Origin: a virus
Direction: 5' to 3' (one strand)
DNA: 64,000 bases
IMG/VR virus record: IMGVR_UViG_3300045988_157167
Location: 1-64,000 of that record
Each line of letters begins with the position of its first letter. Position 1 is the first letter of the stretch. The translations under genes and the position numbers were made by a program. Below, one piece after another: positions 34,968 to 45,270 of this stretch. The notes beneath the pieces were generated by a model that was not told where the DNA came from, searched no databases, and was given only the letters and a program-made list of their open reading frames with translations.

Positions 34968-36402
34968 TTAGTATTTTCTTTTTAAATTCTTTTATTTTTT
35001 CTTTATCGTCCTTTATTTCGTTTATTTCTTGTCTTATACATCTAGCTAAACTACTTTTATTTTCTATAGATTTTTCTATCATTCTGTCTATTCCAGAAAA
35101 AGATAATATATCTATAATGTGGCAGTTTTTATTTTGACCTATTCTATATATCCTATCCTCTGACTGTATTCTTTTGGCATAATCAAACGTAGAATTATAA
35201 TATATCATATAGTTTGCCTCTTGTAAGTTTAAACCTAGATTTCCTATATTTATATTTATTACTAAGGTATTTATATCTTTTGATGTTTTAAACTGTTCTA
35301 TAGCTTTCTCGCGGTCTTTTAATTTTGATTTTCCGTTAACATAAACATATTTTATTTGTTCTTTATCTAAAACATGTTGTAATAATTCTAAATCACTATT
35401 AAATTTATGCCATATTATTGTTTTGCTTCCTTTTGGCGTTAATTTAAGTTGTTCTATTGTTTCTATTGATCTATCGTAACTTTTGTGTTTAAATTCTATT
35501 ATTCTGTTGCATTTTTCACCTTCTATATAATATTCTTCTTTTATTTCTAAATCTATATATCCACTTGCTACTCTATGTAAATAGTTAAGCATATTAAGAA
35601 TATATTCACCATTAAAATTATCTAAATCAATTTTGTCTATAAAATACTGTTTTATTTTGTTGTAAACTCTTTCTTGATCATCGTCAAAATAAAAATATGA
35701 ATCAGTATAAGTTTTAGGCGGTAAATCTAAACATTCTTTTTTAGTAATTTGATAAACATAAGGATTGATTTTCTTTGTTATATAATCTGTATTATGTGTA
35801 TCAATTATTTGCCCTGGATATTTATCTGAATACTCTAAGTGATTAGCAGCAAAAGCATAAAAGCTATTATATCCAAGTATTTTAGGATGTAAAAAATAAA
35901 ATTGACTGTATAAATCCCATATACCCTGTGTAACTGGAGTTCCTGTTAATATCATTCTATTGCTAACTTGATTTGAAAGTTTTGAAATTCTTTCTGTTCT
36001 TACAGCTTTTGGATTTTTAAACATATGACTTTCATCTAGAATTAACATCGAATGTGTGTTTTGTTTAATCAGATTTACTAATTTCAAATAATATTTATCT
36101 GATTTGCTAATTGTTTCACTTCCTATAACACATATAAATTCATCTTGAATATTTTCTATATAAGCAACAGAGAATATAGAGTGTTTATTTATATCTGAAA
36201 TTAAATTCTTTTTAGTAGAACAAGGGCATATCCAAAATACCCTTGTTATTTTACCTTTATTTAATTTATGTTGTATTAATTCGAGTGCAGTTCTTGTTTT
36301 ACCTGTACCCATATCCATAAATAATGCGCACGCTTTCAAGTTTTTAAGTTTGTTAAAAGCATGTTGCTGGTGTTTAAACAAATTAGTCTTCAAGTAATTC
36401 AT
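34957..36402 (-). CDS. SNF2-family helicase
   Basis: Motif I DMGTGKT, motif II LILDESH, and C-terminal helicase motifs (RIYRIGQ). Confidence 0.8.
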   Translation of the reverse strand: MNYLKTNLFKHQQHAFNKLKNLKACALFMDMGTGKTRTALELIQHKLNKGKITRVFWICPCSTKKNLISDINKHSIFSVAYIENIQDEFICVIGSETISKSDKYYLKLVNLIKQNTHSMLILDESHMFKNPKAVRTERISKLSNQVSNRMILTGTPVTQGIWDLYSQFYFLHPKILGYNSFYAFAANHLEYSDKYPGQIIDTHNTDYITKKINPYVYQITKKECLDLPPKTYTDSYFYFDDDQERVYNKIKQYFIDKIDLDNFNGEYILNMLNYLHRVASGYIDLEIKEEYYIEGEKCNRIIEFKHKSYDRSIETIEQLKLTPKGSKTIIWHKFNSDLELLQHVLDKEQIKYVYVNGKSKLKDREKAIEQFKTSKDINTLVININIGNLGLNLQEANYMIYYNSTFDYAKRIQSEDRIYRIGQNKNCHIIDILSFSGIDRMIEKSIENKSSLARCIRQEINEIKDDKEKIKEFKKKILNEF

Positions 36403-36895
36403 CTAGAGCACCAACTTTCACTTCTTTTATTCCTACTATTTCTAAGAAGTTTTCAAATACAATTTCACCTTTTAAGTATCTCTTTAGTGTAGAAATTTTG
36501 TGTATATCATCTACATCACATATTTCAGTTATTTTGCCATTTAAAATGATACAATATTGTGAATAGCCGTAGTTGTTATTTCTATATCTTATATCCAAAA
36601 TATCTAATTCATTAGCTTCAAAATCACCTTCTATAACTACATCATTTCTGCATCTTGTTTCTTGCAAATTATAAAAGTATCTTTCAATTCCTTTTTTACC
36701 ATAAGTACATCTTGCTACGTAGCCTTTATTTCTAATATCACATTCTGTTTTAAAATAGAACGTATAAGTTTTATCTAATATTCTATTAACTTCTGCCTGA
36801 GCTTGTTTTATATCTCTAATTCTTTTATTTAGTTCTTCTTTTATATCTAATGCTAAACTTTTTAATTCTTCTACAGTCATTTCTTTTAGTTTCAT
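36383..36895 (-). CDS. hypothetical protein
   Basis: 170-aa ORF, translationally coupled between the ParB-like and SNF2 genes. Confidence 0.5.
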   Translation of the reverse strand: MKLKEMTVEELKSLALDIKEELNKRIRDIKQAQAEVNRILDKTYTFYFKTECDIRNKGYVARCTYGKKGIERYFYNLQETRCRNDVVIEGDFEANELDILDIRYRNNNYGYSQYCIILNGKITEICDVDDIHKISTLKRYLKGEIVFENFLEIVGIKEVKVGALDELLED

Positions 36896-36904
36896 AATAT
36901 CCCC

Positions 36905-37579
36905 CTAATCATAATACTTACTTTCAAATTCCTCCCATGATTTACTAAATTCATGATTTTGAAATGCTTCTTTTAATCCAGTAATTTGTTTTAATTTGAT
37001 TACCTCATCTAGTTCCATTCCTATTTTTTTACAAATTTCTTCATCAGTCCAGCCTGCCTTAGCAAGATCTAAAACTATTTCACTCATAGAACGTATTTGA
37101 TGTGTTCCTCTAGCTCTATTATGTCTTATTGTACTCCCTATACGTTCATCTAAGGGCTTGTCTAATACAACTATAGGCAAATATCCATGTATTCTTTTAT
37201 TTATATCTTTGTACTCTTTACCAATTCTATTTCTATGGAATCCATCAACCACTTCATATTCTCCATTTTCAAGTTTATAAGCTACTATAGGTTGAGTATA
37301 CCCATCTAATTTTATGGATGTATGGAGTAATTTCATTTCAGTAGAAGCAACTTTATTAGGATTATATTCATTAGCTTTAACTTTGTCGGCTTTTATCCAT
37401 CTTACACAATCAACAGGTTCTTCAAATGGTGAAACTTCTGTTAATGCTTCTTTTATAGAATTAATAGCATCCACCTTTTCATCTAATTCCATAGAGTTTA
37501 CTTTTTCTTTTAAAAGAGTTAGTATATCTTCTAGTTTTAATTCGTTATTTATTTTCATATTAAAAGATAATTGTTTCAT
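36905..37579 (-). CDS. ParB-like nuclease domain protein (IbrB-like)
   Basis: ParB/Srx-fold motifs NEYNPNKV... and VVDGFHRNRIG. Located immediately downstream of the PAPS-reductase-like gene. Confidence 0.75.
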   Translation of the reverse strand: MKQLSFNMKINNELKLEDILTLLKEKVNSMELDEKVDAINSIKEALTEVSPFEEPVDCVRWIKADKVKANEYNPNKVASTEMKLLHTSIKLDGYTQPIVAYKLENGEYEVVDGFHRNRIGKEYKDINKRIHGYLPIVVLDKPLDERIGSTIRHNRARGTHQIRSMSEIVLDLAKAGWTDEEICKKIGMELDEVIKLKQITGLKEAFQNHEFSKSWEEFESKYYD

Positions 37580-37580
37580 A

Positions 37581-38900
37581 TTAATCCACTCCCTTATTTA
37601 TTTTCTCAGCAACTTGTTTTAGATGCTTATCATTTGTAGCATTTGCATCTAATAAGTTGTTATATTTCTTTTTAAGTTCAAACATTCTTTCTACATCACC
37701 TTTTGTCTGACCAAAAGATAATCTTTTCATCCAGAAATCATTTCTTTCTATAGCTCTAGCAATTCTTCTCCATGATGCTACCTTTTTAGCAGATTCTAAT
37801 TTACTATCTTCTTCATCTTTTATATCTTGAAGTTTAACTCCTTCATGTTTTTCGTACCATTCCAAGAAAGTTGTAATTTTCTTATGATAATGATCACGAA
37901 GTTCTGGAGCATATAACCCAATACTTTCAAGTAACCATACGGTATATTGTTCCCATGTCATGTTAGTTGGTTTTTCTGATTTTATATTTCCTAAAAGAGA
38001 ACTTCTGGCGTAGATATTACCAAAATTAACACCATGCACACGATTAAGGACCTTTTCCCATGTTTCATATTCTAATGCTTTAAATTGGTCTAGTCCATTC
38101 CTTTGGTCATCTCCATAAGGCTGACAAAGTCTTTGTTCATGTATACTTACACCATTTTTATACATAAGTTCATATATTTCATTAAATTTTAAATCTAATT
38201 TTGCTACTGCACCCCAGTCATCTTCTGTTCTCCAATCATAAATTGGATAAAAATTATAAACATTTTTCATGTGCTTAAATTTAACTTGAGTGGTCCATGG
38301 TTTCCCTTTATAACGTACTTTTTTATCTGAAATTATTGTTCTAAAACGATTAAGACTTTCATCGCTTCTTATTCCTACACCAGTTCCAGTAAGTCCTCCA
38401 TGTTTTTTATTAAACCAATCAGCGAAATAAAGTATAAAATCCTCAAACTCCATACCTCTTTCAAACCAATCCCATTCTTTAGGATAATTATCTTCGTTTA
38501 TTACATATTTTTTATATTTGCCCGTAGGCATATTTCTAACCCATTTAGCTTTATCTTTTTTATCCCAACACATCCATTTTGGTTGGATAACTGATACGGC
38601 ATTTCTTAAGCTAAGAGGTAAACAACACCAATAAACATCCTCTAAAACATCACTACATTCATCAATTAATACTTTTACATGATCTATTGTAGCTTTATAT
38701 TGTGCTTCTAAATCGATGTATAATATTGAGAATTTTTTTCCTAGCTCTCTAGCTTTTCTAGCAGTTAGTTGCATCATTATAGAACTATCTTTTCCACCAC
38801 TCACTGATAAAAATATAGAATCAAATTCATTGAATGCAAATTCAATTCTTTCAAAAGCAGCATCTAAGACATTCTTATTTTCATTATATATCTTAGCCAT
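37581..38900 (-). CDS. PAPS reductase-family protein (IbrA-like, PP-loop ATPase)
   Basis: PP-loop SVSGGKDS near the N-terminus. The long C-terminal extension (ASWRRIARAIERNDFWMKRLSFGQTK) is typical of IbrA/DUF3440-type proteins. Confidence 0.8.
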   Translation of the reverse strand: MAKIYNENKNVLDAAFERIEFAFNEFDSIFLSVSGGKDSSIMMQLTARKARELGKKFSILYIDLEAQYKATIDHVKVLIDECSDVLEDVYWCCLPLSLRNAVSVIQPKWMCWDKKDKAKWVRNMPTGKYKKYVINEDNYPKEWDWFERGMEFEDFILYFADWFNKKHGGLTGTGVGIRSDESLNRFRTIISDKKVRYKGKPWTTQVKFKHMKNVYNFYPIYDWRTEDDWGAVAKLDLKFNEIYELMYKNGVSIHEQRLCQPYGDDQRNGLDQFKALEYETWEKVLNRVHGVNFGNIYARSSLLGNIKSEKPTNMTWEQYTVWLLESIGLYAPELRDHYHKKITTFLEWYEKHEGVKLQDIKDEEDSKLESAKKVASWRRIARAIERNDFWMKRLSFGQTKGDVERMFELKKKYNNLLDANATNDKHLKQVAEKINKGVD

Positions 38901-38914
38901 TTCATTCCTCCTTA

Positions 38915-38947
38915 TAATAAAATAAAAGCCTTTTTGTTCGGAAGGCT
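38915..38947 (-). terminator. intrinsic terminator
   Basis: The minus strand reads AGCCUU-CCGAACAAA-AAGGCU followed by UUUUAUUUUAUU. Confidence 0.55.
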
Positions 38948-38965
38948 AACCGATTATTTTGCTCC

Positions 38966-39205
38966 TTATTTTTTGTCATATCCTTGGTAGAAATAATATT
39001 TTCTTTCTCCATAATTATAATGTTTATCTTCTGTTTCTTCTGGAATGCCTACCATTTCGCAAAGTTTTTTATAATCTTTTTCTTTGAAGTCTTTTCCTAT
39101 ACAACCAAGTGCATTAGTGTAATTGTTATCTCTTAGAATTTCATAAAATTGTTCCTTAGTGAATTTTTTGTTAAACTCTTGACCTAGTCTGTACCATTTA
39201 TTCAT
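38966..39205 (-). CDS. hypothetical protein
   Basis: 79-aa ORF with an RBS. Confidence 0.5.
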   Translation of the reverse strand: MNKWYRLGQEFNKKFTKEQFYEILRDNNYTNALGCIGKDFKEKDYKKLCEMVGIPEETEDKHYNYGERKYYFYQGYDKK

Positions 39206-39219
39206 TTTTATCCCCCTAT

Positions 39220-39660
39220 TTATTCAGATTCAACACAATCGAAATATCTAAACATTTCAGTTGCTTTTTCTTTGTTTTCTTCACTTTCTTTTACAAATCT
39301 TAATAATCCACCCACGAAGTAATCAAAATCTCTCCAACCATCTTCGTCATGATAACAATGTAAAAATGTATGTTTTTTACTTTCATCTAAATAAAATCTT
39401 ACTTCATATATATTTTTTCCTACGTCTGCTGAATGATGTGTAATTTCTTTTGTAAAGTTATTTTCTAGATATTTATATATATCCCATTTGTTAACTTCGT
39501 TAAAGAATTTTTTTCTATTTATTACTGTCATTTTCTTTTCCCCTTCTTGAGCTAAGAAAGATAAACATAAACCTAATTGAGCTTGATAATCTACTTCTGG
39601 ATATTGTTCTTTTATTTCCTTTGTCATTTTATGAGCTTCTTTCATTAAATTTCTTTTCAT
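39220..39660 (-). CDS. hypothetical protein
   Basis: Start moved to ATG at 39660 (MKRNLMKEAHK...), which is preceded by AAAGGGGTAAGAAAG. The track start at 39705 lacks an RBS. Confidence 0.5.
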   Translation of the reverse strand: MKRNLMKEAHKMTKEIKEQYPEVDYQAQLGLCLSFLAQEGEKKMTVINRKKFFNEVNKWDIYKYLENNFTKEITHHSADVGKNIYEVRFYLDESKKHTFLHCYHDEDGWRDFDYFVGGLLRFVKESEENKEKATEMFRYFDCVESE

Positions 39661-39759
39661 CTTTCTTACCCCTTTCTTATTATTTATTATACTTATATAA
39701 TACACTATTCGTTACGAATAATCAAGCGAATTTGAAACTTTTTTAAATTTATTTTTTGA

Positions 39760-39794
39760 CAATAAAAAATAGGCTAGAATTAAGTAGCTAGCCC
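39760..39794 (-). terminator. intrinsic terminator after the dCMP deaminase gene
   Basis: The minus strand reads GGCUAG-CUACUUAAUU-CUAGCC followed by UAUUUUUUAUU. Confidence 0.6.
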
Positions 39795-39816
39795 ATTTCT
39801 ATAAGTCTATTTAATT

Positions 39817-40263
39817 TTATTTTTTATCAAAATTAACTAATTCAATTTCTGCTTCTTCTAGTATTTCACTTGATAATTCATCAGGATAATCTCCTAAATA
39901 AACTATTTTTTCTATTCCTGCATTTATACACATCTTTGCACATAATACACACGGTTTTGTAGTTACATATAACGTAGAATGATTTATATTAACTCCATTG
40001 TAAGCTGCTTGAATTATAGCATTTTGTTCAGCATGTAAAGCTCTACAAAGTTCATGTCTTTGTCCTGAAGGTATTTTTAGTTGTTTTCTTTTGCATCCGA
40101 TTTCTTCACAATGTTTTAATTTTTTAGGTGCTCCATTATAACCAGTCGCTAGAATTTGTTTATCTTTTACAATAACTGCTCCTACTTGTCTTCTAATACA
40201 TGTTGAACGTTTCTTTACTATTTCAGCAATTTCCATAAAATACTCGTCCCATGTTGGTCTCAT
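39817..40263 (-). CDS. dCMP deaminase
   Basis: Zinc-binding deaminase motifs HAEQNAI and [10 protein letters not shown]; 148 aa. Confidence 0.85.
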   Translation of the reverse strand: MRPTWDEYFMEIAEIVKKRSTCIRRQVGAVIVKDKQILATGYNGAPKKLKHCEEIGCKRKQLKIPSGQRHELCRALHAEQNAIIQAAYNGVNINHSTLYVTTKPCVLCAKMCINAGIEKIVYLGDYPDELSSEILEEAEIELVNFDKK

Positions 40264-40271
40264 AATTTCAC

Positions 40272-41093
40272 CTACTTTCTAGGATTTTTACAACTCATGC
40301 TACCTTCTGGGCATTTACCTGTAACTGTACAAGGTGCTCCAGCATTTTTAAATAATACAGGTGCTACTTCTTTTACTAATTTAAGCATTTCATCTGCTAG
40401 TTGTCTAATTTCCCATTGAGCGCGATTGCAACATCTTTTATTAAAAAGATTATATAAACTTCTAGCATTCATTGTTGTAACCATTTTAGTTTCACAAGCA
40501 TTAGGAAATACATATCTAGCATCTTCTATAGCTTGTTTTTCTATTGCATTATATTCTTTTTTATTATTTTCTTTATATATAAAATCAATATAGTCTTTTA
40601 TGTTGGCTATATGTACGAAAGATTCAAAAAATGCTCTCGAATTTCTAAAAGCTAAATATTCATCTCTTATTTTATCCTCTATTAATATTTGTACTAAATC
40701 ATCATAAGCATTTTGACATCTTTCCATATGTTTAATAAATATTTTTTTAGCTTCTTCATTTCTTTCTATCTCTGGTGGGATTATATATTCAAACTGATCA
40801 AGTTTTACATATCTTTGAGATTGTTGTGAGAAACTTGCTATTCTATGTCTCACTATTTGGTGAGAACAACTTCTTGATATTCCTTCAATTCCAAAAGTAA
40901 ATGTAACATGTTCTATTGGGGATTCATGTCCCATACTTACTAAATGTTCTACAAATTTTGCTACTTCTTCATCTGTAAGTTTTTCCATTATTCCGTCTAC
41001 TCCTACTGGTGAGTAACAAAGTTTTGCTGCTGCTGCAACTATTGCATCTGAATTAGGCGTATGAGCCATTAATTTTACTTTTAATTCTGCCAT
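40272..41093 (-). CDS. thyX: flavin-dependent thymidylate synthase ThyX
   Basis: ThyX signature [17 protein letters not shown] (RHR...S-x-x-QS-x-RY). Confidence 0.9.
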   Translation of the reverse strand: MAELKVKLMAHTPNSDAIVAAAAKLCYSPVGVDGIMEKLTDEEVAKFVEHLVSMGHESPIEHVTFTFGIEGISRSCSHQIVRHRIASFSQQSQRYVKLDQFEYIIPPEIERNEEAKKIFIKHMERCQNAYDDLVQILIEDKIRDEYLAFRNSRAFFESFVHIANIKDYIDFIYKENNKKEYNAIEKQAIEDARYVFPNACETKMVTTMNARSLYNLFNKRCCNRAQWEIRQLADEMLKLVKEVAPVLFKNAGAPCTVTGKCPEGSMSCKNPRK

Positions 41094-41107
41094 TTTTAAT
41101 ATTCCTC

Positions 41108-41326
41108 CTATTTGTTAATTAATTCTTGCCATGCTTTTTCTTGAGCTTGTTCTGTTAATTTTTTTGATGGAATTATACCAAAACGTTTTACTTTAATTTT
41201 ATATATTTTACTTAATTTATTACAACAAAACAGAGCTTCTTCTAAACTCCATTGGCCGTCTGCTGCTCTATCATTACAATATCTGCTAAACTCTTTTAAT
41301 GTCATCCCTTTAAATTTTTCTTTCAT
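41108..41326 (-). CDS. hypothetical protein
   Basis: 72-aa ORF, coupled to its neighbours. Confidence 0.45.
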   Translation of the reverse strand: MKEKFKGMTLKEFSRYCNDRAADGQWSLEEALFCCNKLSKIYKIKVKRFGIIPSKKLTEQAQEKAWQELINK

Positions 41327-41652
41327 TATTCATCATCCTCCCATTCTTCTAATTCTTTTCTTAAATGATTTAATTTTGCCCATGCATAGTTAAATTTTTC
41401 TGTTCTTTCAAATACATAATTTCCTTGATAATCTCTTGTGAATTTAATTTTTAACCATGATAAAGCTAATGCTAAATATGTACTTTTTACAATTTTCTTT
41501 TCCTTTGTATCTACAGGTTTAGTTTGTTTTATAGGTCCTTGGCCATTAAGTTGTCTACATTTCTTTTCATCAGGATCTAAAAACATACATAAGTCATTAA
41601 TTTTAGAACATTTTATTTCCTTCCCCATTTTCGTTGCATACTTGCATTTCAT
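41326..41652 (-). CDS. hypothetical protein
   Basis: 108-aa ORF. Its 5' end overlaps the previous ORF by 50 nt, so the true start may be internal. Confidence 0.45.
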   Translation of the reverse strand: MKCKYATKMGKEIKCSKINDLCMFLDPDEKKCRQLNGQGPIKQTKPVDTKEKKIVKSTYLALALSWLKIKFTRDYQGNYVFERTEKFNYAWAKLNHLRKELEEWEDDE

Positions 41653-41800
41653 AAATTTTAACTTCCTCCCTCATTTTACCTTTAGTTAGACAGCCACAAT
41701 CTTTGCATTGACTGACTACTCCATAATCTATTTCTAAGAAGAACACCATACCCCCACAAAGAGGGCAGGCATTCTCTTTTCCTCCTAAGATTTTTCTCAT
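41603..41800 (-). CDS. zinc-ribbon protein
   Basis: CPLCGG...CKDCGC four-Cys pattern. Confidence 0.45.
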   Translation of the reverse strand: MRKILGGKENACPLCGGMVFFLEIDYGVVSQCKDCGCLTKGKMREEVKIYEMQVCNENGEGNKMF

Positions 41801-41804
41801 GTTT

Positions 41805-42008
41805 TCACCACTTTATAGATTCTATTATCTCAAAATTGTTATTAAACTCTTCTTTGCTCATAATTAGTTGTATACCTTTCTTGAATATTCTGACTCTATT
41901 TCCAGTTATATATTGATATTCAAACTTTTTACCTCGTCCAAAATTAAGCTGATTTATTTTTTTAGATACATTCTTTTTCAATTTACATTTTCCTGTTTTA
42001 AAGTTCAA
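41805..42008 (-). CDS. hypothetical protein
   Basis: 67-aa basic ORF. Confidence 0.4.
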   Translation of the reverse strand: MNFKTGKCKLKKNVSKKINQLNFGRGKKFEYQYITGNRVRIFKKGIQLIMSKEEFNNNFEIIESIKW

Positions 42009-42753
42009 TATTACACCATCTTTTCTTATTTAGATATCTCCATTGAATTTCTCCACCGGATATTCTAGTTTCTATATTTTCTATATTGTCTAATCCAAGT
42101 ATCCATTCCCTATATTGATTTATTTCTTCATCAGATAAACCTTTGTAAAATTTAAATCTACTAAGAGTTTTATCTATCTGTTCAACACACCAATCATACT
42201 CAGACAATTCTGCTTGTCTATTAAATTCTGCAATATTATCATCAACTTCTTTTTTTGCTTCTTCATAAGTAAAATATACTTTATCAGGTCTTATAGATAC
42301 ATGTGTTATATACGGAACAAACATCGGCCATTTTTTTACAACTCTAAAACCTTGATTTGTAATTTCTGTTTCTATATTTCCTCCAAAGATTTTACTCTTT
42401 TTAACTAAATAACCTTTATTATATGCCTCTTTTATACCTTTAGAATCGTTAATTTTACAGTTTTTTAAGAACTCATTTTCTTCTTCATCTAAAACTTCAT
42501 GTGTTACTTCAAATAATTTTGTATCATAAGACCAACCTTTAGGTAGTTTTCTATATCTTTCCTCGCTCTTAAATTCATCAAGTGGTATTCCGTCTATAAT
42601 TCTACGTTCTCTTGGCACAATATAATCAATTATAACTGCATCAGAAAATTGTTCATCTACTAAGCCATATTGAACAGAATATTCATGTGCTTTTTTATGA
42701 CACCAATAAACTAGATCTTCTTTATTAAAACGTTTTTCAAATCCTGGTTTCAT
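41998..42753 (-). CDS. hypothetical protein
   Basis: 251-aa ORF in operon orientation; no family recognised. Confidence 0.55.
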   Translation of the reverse strand: MKPGFEKRFNKEDLVYWCHKKAHEYSVQYGLVDEQFSDAVIIDYIVPRERRIIDGIPLDEFKSEERYRKLPKGWSYDTKLFEVTHEVLDEEENEFLKNCKINDSKGIKEAYNKGYLVKKSKIFGGNIETEITNQGFRVVKKWPMFVPYITHVSIRPDKVYFTYEEAKKEVDDNIAEFNRQAELSEYDWCVEQIDKTLSRFKFYKGLSDEEINQYREWILGLDNIENIETRISGGEIQWRYLNKKRWCNIEL

Positions 42754-42829
42754 TTATCCCCCTTACATATATAACTTACTTATTATCCATGCACCAATAA
42801 CCACTATGATTATTGCATCTGCTATTGCT

Positions 42830-43009
42830 CTATTCATGTTCTTCTATGTACCAATCTTCTGGAATATCCTCTAAAGTGCAACTACCTAGTATATCATATA
42901 TAGGGCAGTTACCTGATTCATACATATCATCACATTGTTTACCTGTAACAGATTTACAAGTTTGTTGAATTACTTTAAGTGCTTTTATTAACTCTTTTCT
43001 ATCTTCCAT
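42830..43009 (-). CDS. hypothetical Cys-containing protein, 59 aa
   Basis: Own reading: the ATG overlaps the upstream stop (TAATG). Product is MEDRKELIKALKVIQQTCKSVTGKQCDDMYESGNCPIYDILGSCTLEDIPEDWYIEEHE-stop. Just under the track cutoff. Confidence 0.45.
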   Translation of the reverse strand: MEDRKELIKALKVIQQTCKSVTGKQCDDMYESGNCPIYDILGSCTLEDIPEDWYIEEHE

Positions 43010-43440
43010 TATTCCACCTCCAGTAGTTCTTTATTTTCGTATATATTTCCTATTACTTCTAAATATTTTGGAGGTATACCGCCTAAATCCAAATCAAAAT
43101 ATTGTGTATTATCTTCATCATATATATCTTGCATCATAAAACTACAACTTTCTTGATTGTAGAACACTTTAAATTTAGTTCCTATATAACAATTATCTGG
43201 ATGTAAAGTTGGACCATCAACTATTTCCACTATATCTCCCTCATATATTTCTTTGTCGTTAGCATCTTTACAACCTGTATATTGTCCAGCACTTTCCTTA
43301 TCTACAATAAATACTTCTCTAATACCAGCTGTTACGTATGCATTAGATGAACCATCTATAAAAATTGATTGATGTAATCCATAACCATAAACCCATCTTT
43401 TATCGAATTTGTCATATCCTCTGAATTTAATTTCTCTCAT
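43009..43440 (-). CDS. YopX-family protein
   Basis: MREIKFRGYDKFDKRWVYGYGLH...GDIVE... is a typical YopX N-terminus. Confidence 0.75.
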   Translation of the reverse strand: MREIKFRGYDKFDKRWVYGYGLHQSIFIDGSSNAYVTAGIREVFIVDKESAGQYTGCKDANDKEIYEGDIVEIVDGPTLHPDNCYIGTKFKVFYNQESCSFMMQDIYDEDNTQYFDLDLGGIPPKYLEVIGNIYENKELLEVE

Positions 43441-43443
43441 TTT

Positions 43444-43950
43444 TTATTTTCCTCCTATCAAATGAATTGTATTGTTTTGCTTATGATGATCATATATAGT
43501 AACATCTTTTCTTTTTATTTCTATAACCATGTTATATGTGTATCTATATTGTATTGAGGATAACTCAAATTTGATTATCTCTAATTTTTTAGCTTCAATT
43601 TGTCTTTTCATAAATTCAATATCTATATCTTTTATTTTTACTCCTGGTACATATATTGGTAATATTATTTTTCTATAATTATGATTTTTCATAGCATTAA
43701 TAATCGGATTTACTACTCTCTCTTTATACATTGTCTTTATAGCTTCTTCTCTATATGTATACTCTTGTATTTCTTCATCTTCATCTAACATAGTCAATAT
43801 TACATTTCTTACCCTCTCTGGTCTTAAATTGCAGTTCTTGCAATTAAAAACTAATAATGCACTTCCTCTTAAAATTCTTATAAAGTTATCACATCTACAA
43901 TCACATTCTTTATGCCAGATGCCCTTTTTTATCTTTATTCTTTTATTCAT
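43444..43950 (-). CDS. hypothetical protein
   Basis: 168-aa ORF with an N-terminal Cys cluster (CDCRCD...CKNC). Confidence 0.5.
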   Translation of the reverse strand: MNKRIKIKKGIWHKECDCRCDNFIRILRGSALLVFNCKNCNLRPERVRNVILTMLDEDEEIQEYTYREEAIKTMYKERVVNPIINAMKNHNYRKIILPIYVPGVKIKDIDIEFMKRQIEAKKLEIIKFELSSIQYRYTYNMVIEIKRKDVTIYDHHKQNNTIHLIGGK

Positions 43951-44233
43951 ATAGTCCCTCCAATTCCTTTTCAGCTAATTTAATTGCTTCCAATGTGCTA
44001 TATCCCTTTTCTTTGAATTTTTCTACAACTTCATCACCTAAGTAATATATGACGAATAGTAAAGCTCCTATTGTAAAAAATCCTATTATTACTTCTAAAA
44101 TGGTCGTTATTATTTCACATTTTATAAAAATCATAAAACCCATCGTAATGGTAAAAACTATAGCTATTGCATATAATAAAAGTCTTATAGCACCGACTAT
44201 TATTTTTATGATTATTTCTAATACATTTTTCAT
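43943..44233 (-). CDS. hypothetical membrane protein
   Basis: Predicted TM helices in the N-terminal two thirds. Confidence 0.5.
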   Translation of the reverse strand: MKNVLEIIIKIIVGAIRLLLYAIAIVFTITMGFMIFIKCEIITTILEVIIGFFTIGALLFVIYYLGDEVVEKFKEKGYSTLEAIKLAEKELEGLYE

Positions 44234-44243
44234 AAATTTCTCC

Positions 44244-44390
44244 CTAAAATGTTTTTTTACTCATTCTTCCAGCAAAATAAATTAAGAAAAATCCTAATGT
44301 TACCATTAACCATTTTAAAGTATATAAACTCGGATTTCCTGCAGTTATATATACAATTGCATATCCAATTACCAATAATAACATGTACAT
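44244..44390 (-). CDS. small membrane protein, 48 aa
   Basis: Own reading: AAGGAG RBS 9 nt before ATG at 44390. Product is MYMLLLVIGYAIVYITAGNPSLYTLKWLMVTLGFFLIYFAGRMSKKTF-stop. Confidence 0.4.
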   Translation of the reverse strand: MYMLLLVIGYAIVYITAGNPSLYTLKWLMVTLGFFLIYFAGRMSKKTF

Positions 44391-44567
44391 ATTTATCATC
44401 TCCTTTATATTTTGTGTTTAGTATTGTTTCTTTTCTTCTTGTTCTATTTTTATTTCTATATTTGTTATTGCATATTCCATGGCTTTTTGTGGAGTTAAAT
44501 TATATTTTTTAATATATTCCCTAGCCAGTTCTACAATTTCATTCACTCTGCTTAATAGCAAAGCTTA

Positions 44568-44753
44568 TCACCCCCTTTTTAGTACTTGTAATTCTTCAAG
44601 TTTCTTACAATCAACATACTTGCATTTATCTTTACAGTTATGTTTTATAATCGTTCCTTCTCCATATGCTCCTACTATTTGTGGTCCTAAATAGTTGCTG
44701 CAGTATTTATCGCCAGTTTCTTTTTTAAAGTATTTACATTTCATCTTTATCAC
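44568..44753 (-). CDS. Cys-rich small protein
   Basis: 61-aa ORF with several Cys residues. Confidence 0.4.
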   Translation of the reverse strand: MIKMKCKYFKKETGDKYCSNYLGPQIVGAYGEGTIIKHNCKDKCKYVDCKKLEELQVLKRG

Positions 44754-44975
44754 CTAATTTTCTGTTATATCAACTATAGCTGCTACTTCTGAAAATCTTA
44801 CAAAGAAATTTTGACCATCTTTATCATCTTTAAATAAATTGATTCCCTTTTCTTCTTCCTCTGCTATTTTATTTATATCTGCTAAATTTCTTATGATATT
44901 TTCCTCTTTGAAACTTCTTTCAAATTCCTTACCACTTTTTAAAATTATTCTAAATTTTCTGTATTGCTCTGCCAT
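44754..44975 (-). CDS. hypothetical protein
   Basis: 73-aa ORF abutting its neighbours. Confidence 0.45.
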   Translation of the reverse strand: MAEQYRKFRIILKSGKEFERSFKEENIIRNLADINKIAEEEEKGINLFKDDKDGQNFFVRFSEVAAIVDITEN

Positions 44976-44979
44976 ATAC

Positions 44980-45261
44980 TTACCCCCTATTTTCCAGTTT
45001 TTTTGCGATTCTGTTTTGTTTATATGCTATCCACTTTTGTACTTCTAAAGCATCAATATCATATAATTCTTTAAGCCATTCAATTCCTATTAGTACATCA
45101 GCTATTTCCTCTGCCATGTTGTCAGCATCCAATTTGCCTCGTTTTGCTTTGCTTATTGCTTGAATTAATTCTGCACATTCTTCCATTGCGATAGTTGTAA
45201 ATAATTCCTCATTTTCTGATGCCTTCATGAAGTATTTTATTGTATTTTCTTTTTTATCCAT
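44980..45261 (-). CDS. MazG-like nucleotide pyrophosphohydrolase
   Basis: Paired acidic motifs MEECAELIQAI and AEEIADVLI, characteristic of the all-alpha NTP-PPase fold. Confidence 0.65.
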   Translation of the reverse strand: MDKKENTIKYFMKASENEELFTTIAMEECAELIQAISKAKRGKLDADNMAEEIADVLIGIEWLKELYDIDALEVQKWIAYKQNRIAKKLENRG

Positions 45262-45270
45262 TTTTCTCCC

